From assembly GCA_947581765.1 (NCBI GenBank), contig CANPVU010000003.1:1-62861 (forward strand): a stretch of DNA of 62,861 nt, given 5' to 3'. The notes beneath the pieces were generated by a model, which searched no databases, had not been told where the DNA came from, and was given only the letters and a program-made list of their open reading frames with translations. The DNA comes from an uncultured Bacilli bacterium (GTDB lineage Bacteria; Bacillota_I; Bacilli_A; RF39; UBA660). Positions 19,941-31,547 of the stretch are shown here, piece after piece (the stretch's first letter is position 1; every line of letters begins with the position of its first letter). The position numbers and the translations under genes are program-made.

Positions 19941-21641
19941 ATGAAATATTTATACAACTTGACAGTAATAGTACCATGTTATAATTGCTGTAAATATGTA
20001 AAAAAAACAATTAATTCATTATTAGAACAAGATTATGATTTACAAAAAATTGAAATTTTATTAATCAATGATGGTTCAACAGATAATACACTAAAAATAA
20101 TAAAAAAATATGAATCTAAAAATATAAAAGTTGTAGATAAGAAAAACGAAGGGGTAAGTGCTACTAGAAATCTTGGAATGAAAATGTCAAAAGGAAAGTA
20201 TATTTTATTTTTAGATTCAGATGATTATTTATCTCGTAATACTATACGAGATATAATCAATTTTTTTGATGCTCATTATGATGAAATAGATTTATTAACA
20301 TACCCAATGTTATATTTTTATCCAAGCGGAAGAACGATGAGGCATTCTAGATATAAGAAACTTTATATAAATGGAACGAATGTTTATGATTTAGATGAAT
20401 TTTATTATCTTATTCAACCAACACTTAATGTTTGTATTAAAAATGGATTAGGATATGAATTTGATGTTAACCAGTATTATGCTGAAGATGAAATGTTTAA
20501 TATAAAAATTTTAATGAATAAAAAGAAAATAGGGTTTGTTAAGGAAGGATTATATTATTATAGAAGACATAATGAAAGTACCACTGCAAATCGTTATCAT
20601 ATGAATTTAGAAAATATATATAGTTTTTATGAAAAATATCAACAAATATATAAAAATGATAAATATATACAAGCAACAATAATGAATAATCTAAATTGGC
20701 GTATACGTGAGGATTGCTTAATTCCTCCTGATAAAGAAAGTATTAATTCATGTATAGAAAGTATAAGAAGAAAACTAAGTATTATAGATTTTAGTTTGTT
20801 TAAAGACCATGTACTAGATAACAAGAAAGTTTTATTAGAATTACTTTCTTTAAGTCAAAAAAAATGTATAATGGAAAAATATGATGATAAGTATTCATTA
20901 ATAAGTGATGGTAAAGTTTTAATAAATAATATAGATACTACGAATATAAATATTCGTTTAAATAGAATTTGTAAAGAAAAGGATAATATTACTTTATATG
21001 GATACCTTATTACTCCTTTATTTTATACAGGAAAAATAAAATTATTTTCAAAAATAGAATATAGAAATGGTAAATGTGAAACAAAAAAAATAGATTTATA
21101 CAATATACTAGATTATCAAGAAAACTATAAAAAAGAGTATAAATTATGTTTAAAATGCGATAAAATAAGTGAAATATCATTTTATTGTGAATTAGAAAAA
21201 GAAAAAATATTATTGGATATAAAACCAATTGATTGGTGTAGTAAAGTCAAAATTTATGATGATTCTATAGTAGAAATTAATAATAATATTAAAATTTATA
21301 AGAAAAAATTGTTTGATAAATTTAAAACTAGATTTTTTTACTCCTCAAATAAATTTAAATTTAAATTGATTAACCTTGTATCCTTTATAACTAGAAAAGG
21401 TTCAAAATATCATGTGTACTTTGGTGATAAAAATTCTTTAATTTATCAAGAATATATAGACGATAAAAATCATAAGAAGTTATTTTATGATAGGGCATTT
21501 GGAACAAATTATAAATTTGTAATATTAAATTGTGATAAGATAATCACTAATAAAAGTATTAAATTAGTTTTACCTTTTGGTAAAATGAGAAAAAATTATG
21601 TACAAGCAAGTCATTTTGAAATAATATTAAAAGATAATTAA
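19941..21641 (+). CDS. GT2 glycosyltransferase with uncharacterised C-terminal domain
   Basis: LTVIVPCYNC, INDGSTDNT, NEGVSATRN and LDSDD motifs. The ATG at 19941 is preferred over the TTG at 19926. Confidence 0.8.
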   Translation: MKYLYNLTVIVPCYNCCKYVKKTINSLLEQDYDLQKIEILLINDGSTDNTLKIIKKYESKNIKVVDKKNEGVSATRNLGMKMSKGKYILFLDSDDYLSRNTIRDIINFFDAHYDEIDLLTYPMLYFYPSGRTMRHSRYKKLYINGTNVYDLDEFYYLIQPTLNVCIKNGLGYEFDVNQYYAEDEMFNIKILMNKKKIGFVKEGLYYYRRHNESTTANRYHMNLENIYSFYEKYQQIYKNDKYIQATIMNNLNWRIREDCLIPPDKESINSCIESIRRKLSIIDFSLFKDHVLDNKKVLLELLSLSQKKCIMEKYDDKYSLISDGKVLINNIDTTNINIRLNRICKEKDNITLYGYLITPLFYTGKIKLFSKIEYRNGKCETKKIDLYNILDYQENYKKEYKLCLKCDKISEISFYCELEKEKILLDIKPIDWCSKVKIYDDSIVEINNNIKIYKKKLFDKFKTRFFYSSNKFKFKLINLVSFITRKGSKYHVYFGDKNSLIYQEYIDDKNHKKLFYDRAFGTNYKFVILNCDKIITNKSIKLVLPFGKMRKNYVQASHFEIILKDN

Positions 21642-21655
21642 TAGGTGGAGAAAAT

Positions 21656-23218
21656 ATGAATGAGTTAAAGATAATAAAATTAACGTGGGATAAAATATAT
21701 TTAAAATTAGAATTTGATGGTGAATTAACTGATAAATTATACTTAGTATGTGGGAAAGAAAAGTATCAAATATGTGATGAATATATAGAAAAAAATAGTG
21801 TTTGTATGCCAATTACTTGTGCATATGATGATACTATGATAAAAGAGGGTAAGTGGAATTTTTTATATAAAGATAATATTGTACAAATTGATATAGAAGA
21901 ATCAAAAACACTTGAAAATAAGGAAAAAGTATATTTTTATAAAAAAAGAGATTATGCATATATAGTTAGTTTTGCTATAGGGGAAGAATTTGAATTAATT
22001 ATGTATGTAAGTTATATGAAGAAAAATCTTAATCCATATCGTAATGATAGGGTTACTACTAAAAGAGTATTTTTACATTCTCTTACTACAACTTTTATAC
22101 ATACTGTATTACTACTTGCTAAATTTGAGTATAATTTCTTCTGTTTATTTAAAAGTAAGAAGAAAAAGAAAATATTATTTATGTCAGAAACAAGAGATGA
22201 AATGCAGGGAAATCTTCTTGCATTAAATAAGAGAATGATTGAAAAAAATTTAGATAAAGAATATAAATTTTATTATTCCTTTAAAAAAGTATTAAGTGAT
22301 AAAAAAAGTATAATTTATTACTTAAAAACCATTGCTTTATTAGCAAAAGTTCACTACATATTTATAGATGATTATGCTCCAATATTTAATCTAGTTAAAT
22401 TAAAAGATACTAAATTAATTCAATTGTGGCATGCAGGTGTAGGATTTAAAAGTGTTGGATATTCTAGATTTGGTAAAAGTGGTTCTCCACATCCACTTGT
22501 ATCACCACATAGAGCATATGATTATGCTGTAGTAGCATCTCCAAATTTAATTAAGACATACCAAGAAGTATTTGGACTTACAAAAAAACATTTCTTAGCA
22601 CCTGGTATGCTTAGATTAGATGGCTATTTAGATGAAGATACAATAAAAAATGCTAAAGAAAAAATATATGATAAATACCCAATGTTAAAAGATAAACAAG
22701 TAATACTATTTGCACCTACTTACAGAGGGGCAGATCAACCTTCTGCATATTATGATTTTAGTAAAATAGATATGGAAAAGTTATATGATACATGCAAGAA
22801 GAATAAGTATATTACAATATTTAAATTTCATCCATTTATAAAAGAAAAAATAAAAATAGATGAGAAATATAAAGACTACTTAATTGATGTATCAGATTAT
22901 CCAGATATAAATGAATTATTTTATATAACAGATATATTAATAACAGATTATTCTTCAAATATATATGAATTTTCATTATTTTCAAAACCAATAATATTTT
23001 TTGACTATGATTTAGAAAAATATGCTATACTAAGAGGAGTGCATTCGAATTTAGAAAATTCTCCAGGAAATGTTGTAAGAACATTTGATGAAGTAATAAT
23101 GCTACTAAAGAATAAAAAGTTTGATATTGATAAAGTAAAGAAATTTAAGGAAGAAAATATTTTAATACAAGATTCAAAAGCCTGTGATAGACTTCTAAAA
23201 TATTTATTTAATAAGTAG
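21656..23218 (+). CDS. CDP-glycerol glycerophosphotransferase (TagB/TagF family)
   Basis: Motifs LWHAGVGFKSVGYSRFG, APTYRG and ITDYSSNIYEFSLF. Confidence 0.85.
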   Translation: MNELKIIKLTWDKIYLKLEFDGELTDKLYLVCGKEKYQICDEYIEKNSVCMPITCAYDDTMIKEGKWNFLYKDNIVQIDIEESKTLENKEKVYFYKKRDYAYIVSFAIGEEFELIMYVSYMKKNLNPYRNDRVTTKRVFLHSLTTTFIHTVLLLAKFEYNFFCLFKSKKKKKILFMSETRDEMQGNLLALNKRMIEKNLDKEYKFYYSFKKVLSDKKSIIYYLKTIALLAKVHYIFIDDYAPIFNLVKLKDTKLIQLWHAGVGFKSVGYSRFGKSGSPHPLVSPHRAYDYAVVASPNLIKTYQEVFGLTKKHFLAPGMLRLDGYLDEDTIKNAKEKIYDKYPMLKDKQVILFAPTYRGADQPSAYYDFSKIDMEKLYDTCKKNKYITIFKFHPFIKEKIKIDEKYKDYLIDVSDYPDINELFYITDILITDYSSNIYEFSLFSKPIIFFDYDLEKYAILRGVHSNLENSPGNVVRTFDEVIMLLKNKKFDIDKVKKFKEENILIQDSKACDRLLKYLFNK

Positions 23219-23236
23219 TGGGGGTAAGGTATCAAT

Positions 23237-25933
23237 ATGAAAACACTAGAGTATTCTGTTATTATCAAAGTAGATAATTTAAGTAATTTAGAACATACCT
23301 TAAATAGTATAAAAATTCAAAAATATAACTTAAATAATATTGAAATATTAATTATTGATTTATCTGATAGTAAAAATGAAATATTTAAAAATATAAAATT
23401 TAATAAATTAAATATAAAATATTTTGATTGTAAAGAAAATAATTATATTTCTACATTAAATAATGTAATTAGCTTATGTAATGGTAATTATATAAATATT
23501 ATAGACAACAATAATTACTATAATGATAATGACGTGTTTTCTAAATTAGATAATATTAAAAATAAAAGTAAAAGTAAAATAATAGCTATACACTCATTAT
23601 ATTTTGATATTGATGAGCAAAAAAGTTCATCTTACAAAATGCAACCTAAAGATACAAATGAAATATCATTATTGGAAAATCCATTTGATATATGTTTAAA
23701 TTTAAATAGTTATTTTATATCAAAAGATATATATAATGAAGTATTATATGATAGTAGTTTTGATTGTGAATATAAATATAAATTTATAATCGATTTATTT
23801 AGAAAATATACTAAATATTATTATTTACATGATATTTCAATTTCAACATATACACCTTTTGAAACTAATACATCAAAAAATTCTATTCAGTATGAAAAAT
23901 CATGGTATATAAAGTCATTAGATAATTTTTTAAATTATTTAAAAAATGAAGTAACACTTCCTTTATATATTCAAAATATATTACTTTATACAGTTTACTC
24001 TAAAATTAATTGTAATGTATACGATAGAAATAAAAGAGTTTTAACTAAAGATGAAGCAATAATTTTCTTCGATAGAGCAGTAAAGTTATCTAAATATATA
24101 GATAATGAGATTTTAATTAGATACTTACCGGATGAAGAGGGTTTTAACTATAATTATAATTTTAAAATGCAAAGATGGATTAGATATTATTTGTTTAAGA
24201 AAAAAATGTCTTTACCTGAAACTGTATATATTGAAGATAATAAAATTGTGCTTGAATATATAAAAGATGGAAAAAAATTAAAATATTATAATAATGATAT
24301 TAAATCTGAAGTTGTTAATGTGTATGCTATAAACTATAAAGATGGAAAACTAGTTTTTGATTGTTCTACATCTTTAGGTGATATTTTAGATGATAATCAA
24401 TTTGAAATAATTATTAAACATAATAATAAGATAATAAAAGCAACAAGAAGTTACTTTTATCCATTATTGAAAGTATTTGGAAAAACAATAAAGGAAAAAT
24501 ATTGTTTCAATTTTAGTATAGATATTACTAATCCAAATGGAAAAATAGAAGCATTAGCACTTATAAATAATCAAGAACTAACACTTAATTTTTCATATGC
24601 TAAAGTAGCAGCAAGACTTTGTAATTCACAATATTCTTTTTGGCACTATAAAAACTTTGTTTTATATAACAAAATAAACTATATAGAAATAAAAAAAGCT
24701 AAAAAATTAAATTTAGTTTTATCAGAAATTAAATTCGACTCATCTCTTTTTAAAAATGAGAAAAATAAAAAACGAGTAGTTAAACTCGTTGGACTTAGAA
24801 TGTTATATTATATGACTAAACCATTTTATAAGAATGTTTGGTTAACATGGGATAAGTTATATAAAGCAGGTGATAATGGAGAATATATGTATCAATATCT
24901 TTTAAATAAAAATAAGAATATATATTACTTCATAAAAAAAGATTCACCTGATTATAAAAGATTAAAGTCACAAAATAAAAAAAGATGTGTTGTATTTAAT
25001 TCTTTAAAAGCTAAATTACTTAGCCTACATTCACAGGTAATATTAGATACACATGCTAATGTAATATCTTATTGTGGTTTTGATGGTATATCAAGAAATT
25101 TTGCTTGTGGATTGTTTAATCCCGAAATAATTTGTATTCAACATGGATTAACTATACAAAAAATAGCGCAATATCAAAATAGATTATTTGATAATATTAA
25201 ACATTATTGTTGTGCATCACAATTTGAAATAGATAATATGAGTCATCCATTTTATGACTATGATAAATCTCAAATGACTATAACTGGTCTTGCACGTTAT
25301 GATGGACTTAAATCTAGACAAGAAAAAATTATATTGATTACACCAACATGGAGGAGAAATGTTGTTAATTCATCAGTAGCATACATAAAGAAAAAACATA
25401 ATAATAACTTTAAAAATAGTGATTACTTTACTATTTATAATAGTTTAATTAATAATAAAGAATTAATAGAGTGTGCTAAAAAAGAAGGATATAAAATTAT
25501 ATATCTTTTACATCCTGCAATGAGTGGTCAATTTCAAGATTTTACAAGAAATGATTATGTAGAAATAGTAGCAGCTACAAGTAATATGAATTATGAGGAT
25601 ATTCTAACTCGTTCATCACTTATGGTTACAGATTATTCTGGTGTACAATTTGACTTTGCATATCAAAGAAAAGCTTTAATTTACTATCATCCAGATAAAC
25701 TTCCACCACATTATGATGATGGAGGATTAGAATATGAAACTATGGGTTTTGGTCCTATATGTAAAACTGAACAACAAGTGGTTAAAGAACTTTGCGAAAA
25801 TATGAAAAATGGTTGCATAATAAAAGATAAGTATAGACAAAGAGCTAATCAATTTTTTAAATTTAGTGATTTTAATAATTGTGAGAGAATATTAAATGTA
25901 GTAGATAATTATTTACATGATATACACTCTTAA
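23237..25933 (+). CDS. TagF-like glycerophosphotransferase with degenerate GT2-like N-terminal domain
   Basis: C-terminal IQHGLTIQK, PTWRRN and VTDYSGVQFDF match TagF. The N-terminal domain aligns with the 889-aa paralogue but has IIDLSDSKN and IIDNNNYY where that paralogue has INDGSTDNS and LDSDD. Confidence 0.8.
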   Translation: MKTLEYSVIIKVDNLSNLEHTLNSIKIQKYNLNNIEILIIDLSDSKNEIFKNIKFNKLNIKYFDCKENNYISTLNNVISLCNGNYINIIDNNNYYNDNDVFSKLDNIKNKSKSKIIAIHSLYFDIDEQKSSSYKMQPKDTNEISLLENPFDICLNLNSYFISKDIYNEVLYDSSFDCEYKYKFIIDLFRKYTKYYYLHDISISTYTPFETNTSKNSIQYEKSWYIKSLDNFLNYLKNEVTLPLYIQNILLYTVYSKINCNVYDRNKRVLTKDEAIIFFDRAVKLSKYIDNEILIRYLPDEEGFNYNYNFKMQRWIRYYLFKKKMSLPETVYIEDNKIVLEYIKDGKKLKYYNNDIKSEVVNVYAINYKDGKLVFDCSTSLGDILDDNQFEIIIKHNNKIIKATRSYFYPLLKVFGKTIKEKYCFNFSIDITNPNGKIEALALINNQELTLNFSYAKVAARLCNSQYSFWHYKNFVLYNKINYIEIKKAKKLNLVLSEIKFDSSLFKNEKNKKRVVKLVGLRMLYYMTKPFYKNVWLTWDKLYKAGDNGEYMYQYLLNKNKNIYYFIKKDSPDYKRLKSQNKKRCVVFNSLKAKLLSLHSQVILDTHANVISYCGFDGISRNFACGLFNPEIICIQHGLTIQKIAQYQNRLFDNIKHYCCASQFEIDNMSHPFYDYDKSQMTITGLARYDGLKSRQEKIILITPTWRRNVVNSSVAYIKKKHNNNFKNSDYFTIYNSLINNKELIECAKKEGYKIIYLLHPAMSGQFQDFTRNDYVEIVAATSNMNYEDILTRSSLMVTDYSGVQFDFAYQRKALIYYHPDKLPPHYDDGGLEYETMGFGPICKTEQQVVKELCENMKNGCIIKDKYRQRANQFFKFSDFNNCERILNVVDNYLHDIHS

Positions 25934-25953
25934 AATTAAATATTAATAAAAAA

Positions 25954-25983
25954 TTGTTCTACTTTAAAATAAATTGGTATAAT
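25954..25983 (+). promoter_or_regulatory. Sigma-A type promoter of eno
   Basis: TTGTTC (25954-25959), 18-nt spacer, then TGgTATAAT with the -10 hexamer at 25978-25983. Confidence 0.5.
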
Positions 25984-26031
25984 AATATTAGTTCTTTAAA
26001 ATAGAACACACAAATTGAAAGGAGCATATAA

Positions 26032-27252
<1,221 letters not shown>

Positions 27253-27261
27253 CAGTAGAGT

Positions 27262-27286
27262 AAAGTATGATAATTCATACTTTTTC
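27262..27286 (+). terminator. Rho-independent terminator after eno
   Basis: Stem aaagtatga (27262-27270) pairs with tcatacttt (27275-27283) around loop taat, followed by a short T-run. Confidence 0.6.
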
Positions 27287-27348
27287 TATTTAAAAAAAAA
27301 TACTTTTGTTGTATAATATATACGTTATATATAGTAGGTTGGTGTGTT

Positions 27349-29070
27349 GTGAAGAAGAAGTCTTTTTGTATTGTATTAGCAATTATTTTTATTATAATTG
27401 TCTTTACTGTTTTTATAAATCAAATATCTAAAAATAAAAAAGATGGAATAAATGGTAAAATTATTAAAGAACAAATAGAATTAGAAAATAATGATATTGT
27501 ACTTAAAGAAGGAGAAAGTAAATATTTAAAAATAATTCAAAATGATAAGAATTATACATATGAAAGTAGTAACCCTAATGTAGTTAGCGTAAGTAAAGAT
27601 GGCAAAATATATGGTGTGTCAAATGGCTTTGCAACCGTAACTATAAAAAATAGTAATGGTTCTAAAACTAAATGTAACGTAACTGTTCAAAGTAAAATAT
27701 ATGAATTAAAATTAAATAAAGATAGTATTTCGTTATATGAGGGAGAAACTTTTGATATAGAATACTCTATAACACCAGAATTTACAGAAATATCCGATGT
27801 TGAATTTAACAGTGATGATCCTAAAGTAGCAACTTTTTCATCAGGACGTATAACAGCAATAAGTAAAGGAGAAACAAAATTAACTGTTAAAATAAATGAT
27901 TGTGTTGAAAAAGATATAGATGTTGTAGTAAAGAAAAGATTAAAAAAAGTTAATATAGACAACAAAAAAATAACTTTACACAAAGGTGATGAACAAAATT
28001 TACAATATACAATAACTCCATTAGATGCAACAGTTGAAAAGAAAGAATTTAAAAGTAGTAATAGTGATATAGTATCAGTTTCATCAGATGGAAAATTAAC
28101 TGCTAAAAAGTATGGTAGTGTATCAATACAGGTAATATTAAATGGAAATATAACTGATATATGTGAAGTTGTTGTAGAAAGAAGAAAACCAGCTTCTATA
28201 AAGCTAGATAAATCATCTTATGAACTAAAAGTAGGAGATACTATTAAACTTAGTGCAACTATTTCTCCAGAAGAAGCGTCAGAAGATAAAGTAAAATGGT
28301 CAACTAGTGATAAAAAAATAGTAACTGTTTCATCAAATGGAAAAATTGAAGGTAAAGTTGGTGGAAGTGCATATGTTAGTGTAACAACATCAAATGGACA
28401 TGTAGCACGCGCTAAAGTAACGGTAAAATCAAATACTCAAAATAAAACAGCAATATTCTTTGGAGATTCTATTACTCAAGGAGTAAAAACAAATAATTAT
28501 TCATGGGCAAATTATATTGGAGATAATTATGATTTAAAAAAGACAGTAAACTCTGGAAGATCAGGATGGAGAATAAGTAATGTAACAAATTCTCATTGGA
28601 TAGTATCACTTATGGATAATTATAAATCACAAAAGTTTGATTATGTTATACTACATGGTGGTACAAATGATATATATAAAAGTGTAGATATTGGAACATT
28701 TGATAAAAATGATTTTTCTGGAAAATACGATACAAAAACTTTTGTTGGTGGATTAGAAACTTATATTTATACTGCAAAAAAATATTGGCCTAATGCTAAA
28801 ATAGGATATTTAATAAATTATCCGACACCAAATAGTGATGAATTTAGAAGAAATTTATCAAGTAGTTATTATACAGTTATGAAACAAGTATTAAATAAAT
28901 GGAATATTAAATATTTAGACATGTTTTTTGGTAGTACTCCAAATGGTATAAAATATAGTGACCTTTTAAAGGTAACAACTACAAAATATTTAGTTGATAA
29001 CTTACATTTAAATTCAGATGGATATAAATTAATTTCACCATATATATATAATTGGATGAATACTTTGTAA
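27349..29070 (+). CDS. Surface protein with four Big_2 (bacterial Ig-like) domains and C-terminal SGNH/GDSL hydrolase
   Basis: N-terminal TM/signal helix. Four repeats of the type SSN..VVSVSSDGK..A...G. SGNH blocks FFGDSITQG, GGTNDI and DNLHLNSDGY. Confidence 0.8.
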   Translation: MKKKSFCIVLAIIFIIIVFTVFINQISKNKKDGINGKIIKEQIELENNDIVLKEGESKYLKIIQNDKNYTYESSNPNVVSVSKDGKIYGVSNGFATVTIKNSNGSKTKCNVTVQSKIYELKLNKDSISLYEGETFDIEYSITPEFTEISDVEFNSDDPKVATFSSGRITAISKGETKLTVKINDCVEKDIDVVVKKRLKKVNIDNKKITLHKGDEQNLQYTITPLDATVEKKEFKSSNSDIVSVSSDGKLTAKKYGSVSIQVILNGNITDICEVVVERRKPASIKLDKSSYELKVGDTIKLSATISPEEASEDKVKWSTSDKKIVTVSSNGKIEGKVGGSAYVSVTTSNGHVARAKVTVKSNTQNKTAIFFGDSITQGVKTNNYSWANYIGDNYDLKKTVNSGRSGWRISNVTNSHWIVSLMDNYKSQKFDYVILHGGTNDIYKSVDIGTFDKNDFSGKYDTKTFVGGLETYIYTAKKYWPNAKIGYLINYPTPNSDEFRRNLSSSYYTVMKQVLNKWNIKYLDMFFGSTPNGIKYSDLLKVTTTKYLVDNLHLNSDGYKLISPYIYNWMNTL

Positions 29071-29077
29071 ATTATTC

Positions 29078-29106
29078 TTGACAATTTATTTAATAACTAG
29101 TAATAT
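29078..29106 (+). promoter_or_regulatory. Near-consensus sigma-A promoter
   Basis: TTGACA (29078-29083), 17-nt spacer, TAATAT (29101-29106). Confidence 0.55.
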
Positions 29107-29140
29107 ATATATCGCATTGGAAGTTTGCAAAATTTTATAG

Positions 29141-29175
29141 AAGAGAGACTATAAGCCATACGTAGTCTCTTTTTG
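29141..29175 (+). terminator. Terminator-like hairpin between the promoter and the 29192 start codon
   Basis: Stem agagacta (29144-29151) pairs with tagtctct (29163-29170) around an 11-nt loop. It is extendable by A-U/G-U pairs and followed by TTTT. Confidence 0.5.
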
Positions 29176-29191
29176 TTAACAGGGGTGAATT

Positions 29192-30067
29192 ATGCAAAAA
29201 GATATAATTGAGGACTTATTACAAGGAACAACAATAAGTAGTTTATCTAATAAGTATGGATATAGTTATAGTAAAATAGAAAATATATTAAAAGAACTTC
29301 AGAATAATGGAATTCAAATTGATAGAAATATCATATCAGATGGTACAATTATATATAGTATATGTAAAGAATTAAAACAAAATTCAATAAGGATAAATTG
29401 TGAAAATAATATTAGAATAATTATTATTTCTGATTTGCATATAGGAGCCGGTAAATCTAAAGATGGTTTAATATATATGAAAGATATATATTCATATGCT
29501 AAGAAAAATAATATACACTTTATATTTTGTTTGGGTGATTTATTTAATGGAATACCAAATGAAAGTTTTAGACTAGTTGAAAGCCAATTAAAATCATTTT
29601 TTAATGACTATCCATATGATTCTAGTATTACTAACATTATGTTATTTGGAAACCATGACTATACATTTATGAAAAATATGGGAATAGATGTTAGTCAAAC
29701 ATTACATAGAAGACCTGATGTAATTAGTTTAGGATATGGTATAGGAAATGTTTATTTTAATGATGAAATAATTGGTTTTAAGCATGATTTAGTATATACA
29801 AAACCAATTAATTCTTTAAATAGCTGTAAAATTTTATTTAAAGGGCATAGTCATAGATTTGAGATTGTAAACAATTCCTGTGTAATTGTTCCAGCTTTAT
29901 TAAATGAGGATTTTAATCCTCAAATATTAAGCACTGGATTTTTAGATGTAAATTTTGATATTAATAAGACTGGTAAAATTGATCAAATAAAATTAAGACA
30001 CTTAGTATTTTTACCTGAAATTACCCCTGTAAATGATATATATATACCAAAGGTGATGGTAAAATAA
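29192..30067 (+). CDS. Metallophosphoesterase (calcineurin-like) with N-terminal winged-helix-like domain
   Basis: Motifs ISDLHIG, GDLFNG, GNHD and GHSH. The N-terminal 60 aa resemble a BirA-type HTH (ISSLSNKYGYSYSKIENILKELQNNGIQI). Confidence 0.7.
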   Translation: MQKDIIEDLLQGTTISSLSNKYGYSYSKIENILKELQNNGIQIDRNIISDGTIIYSICKELKQNSIRINCENNIRIIIISDLHIGAGKSKDGLIYMKDIYSYAKKNNIHFIFCLGDLFNGIPNESFRLVESQLKSFFNDYPYDSSITNIMLFGNHDYTFMKNMGIDVSQTLHRRPDVISLGYGIGNVYFNDEIIGFKHDLVYTKPINSLNSCKILFKGHSHRFEIVNNSCVIVPALLNEDFNPQILSTGFLDVNFDINKTGKIDQIKLRHLVFLPEITPVNDIYIPKVMVK

Positions 30068-30161
30068 AATAAAAAAATATAATTATGTATATTTTTTTAT
30101 TTTATTTTGATATAATGTTATTAGATAGATAAGATATGTACATTAGAAAGAGGGCACGTAT

Positions 30162-31487
30162 ATGAAATATTATTTAATAGGTATAAAAGGAGCTGGAATG
30201 AGTGCTTTAGCACTTATACTTGATGATTTGGGTTATGAAGTTGTTGGATACGATGATGCAAAAGACCATAGATTTACTGAAGATAAATTAAAAGAAAGAA
30301 ATATTGAAATATATACAGGACCTAATGATGCATTAGATAAAGATACTATAGTTGTCTTTTCATCTGCAATTACTAAAGAACATCCTGAAATGATAAAAGC
30401 AGCACAATTAGATTTAAGAATATATGAGTATCATGAAATGTTAGGAAAACTAACAAGAAAATTTGAAACAATAAGTATTTCTGGTTGCCATGGTAAGACA
30501 ACAACAACAGCAATGTTAAGCCATATTATAGATAATATTGATGGATGTAATTATTTAATTGGTGATGGTAGAGGACATGCAAATAGAGAAAATAAACTGT
30601 TTGTACTAGAATCATGTGAATATCGTAGACATTTTTTAGAGTATGAACCAACATATATAATTATTACTAATATTGAACTTGACCATATGGATTATTTTAA
30701 AAATATAGATGATATTATATTAGCATACCAAGAATTTGGAAATAAAGCAGAAAAGATGGTTATTATATGTGGGGATAATCCATATACACATGTATTAGAT
30801 TTAAATAAGCCTGTTTATTATTATGGACTTTCTGATGACAATGATATTCAAGCAAGAAATGTTGAATATAGAAATGATGGAACTAGTTTTGATGTCTTCA
30901 TCGAAGATGAATATTATGGACATTTTGATTTACCATTATTTGGTAAACATATGCTACTAAATGCATTAGCTGCAATAGGTGTTTGCCACTATAAAAGATA
31001 TGATGCTAAAGAAGTATCTAAATTATTAAAAGGATTTAAAGGAGCAGAAAGAAGATTTAAGGAAACTTTCATTGGAAATAATGTAATAATTGATGATTAT
31101 GCTCACCATCCAACAGAGGTAGCAGTTACAATAAAATCTGCACGACAAAAATATCCAGATAAAAAACTTATAGCAGTTTTTAAAGCACATACATTCTCTA
31201 GAGTAAAAGACTTTAAAGATGAATTTGTAAGATCACTTAATTTAGCTGATAAAGCATATGTTATGGATATAAATTATGATAGAGAAAAACCAGAAGACTA
31301 TCCTGGAATAGATGCATATACAATAATAAATGAATTAGATAATGGGGAATATATTGAACAAGGAATGTCTGATAAATTAATGGAATATGATAATGCAGTC
31401 ATATTATTTATGAGTAGTAAAGAGATATATCTTTTAGAAGAGGAATACATGGATAAGCTAAAGAAAAAACTAAATTTAGATAAATAA
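30162..31487 (+). CDS. murC: UDP-N-acetylmuramate--L-alanine ligase
   Basis: Motifs YLIGIKGAGMSALA, ISGCHGKTTTTAM, DDYAHHPTE, and NIELDHMDYF. Confidence 0.95.
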   Translation: MKYYLIGIKGAGMSALALILDDLGYEVVGYDDAKDHRFTEDKLKERNIEIYTGPNDALDKDTIVVFSSAITKEHPEMIKAAQLDLRIYEYHEMLGKLTRKFETISISGCHGKTTTTAMLSHIIDNIDGCNYLIGDGRGHANRENKLFVLESCEYRRHFLEYEPTYIIITNIELDHMDYFKNIDDIILAYQEFGNKAEKMVIICGDNPYTHVLDLNKPVYYYGLSDDNDIQARNVEYRNDGTSFDVFIEDEYYGHFDLPLFGKHMLLNALAAIGVCHYKRYDAKEVSKLLKGFKGAERRFKETFIGNNVIIDDYAHHPTEVAVTIKSARQKYPDKKLIAVFKAHTFSRVKDFKDEFVRSLNLADKAYVMDINYDREKPEDYPGIDAYTIINELDNGEYIEQGMSDKLMEYDNAVILFMSSKEIYLLEEEYMDKLKKKLNLDK

Positions 31488-31547
31488 TACTATTTATCTT
31501 TTTTTTATGATAAATTTCTGATATAATGTAATATAGTAGGTGGTAGA

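Noticed and set aside
25991-26007. A small hairpin, gttct-ttaaaat-agaac, in the eno 5-prime UTR, and the similar gttctactttaaaata element in its promoter.
   Set aside because: The stem is only 5 bp and is very AT-rich. It could be a binding site, but nothing distinguishes it from chance.
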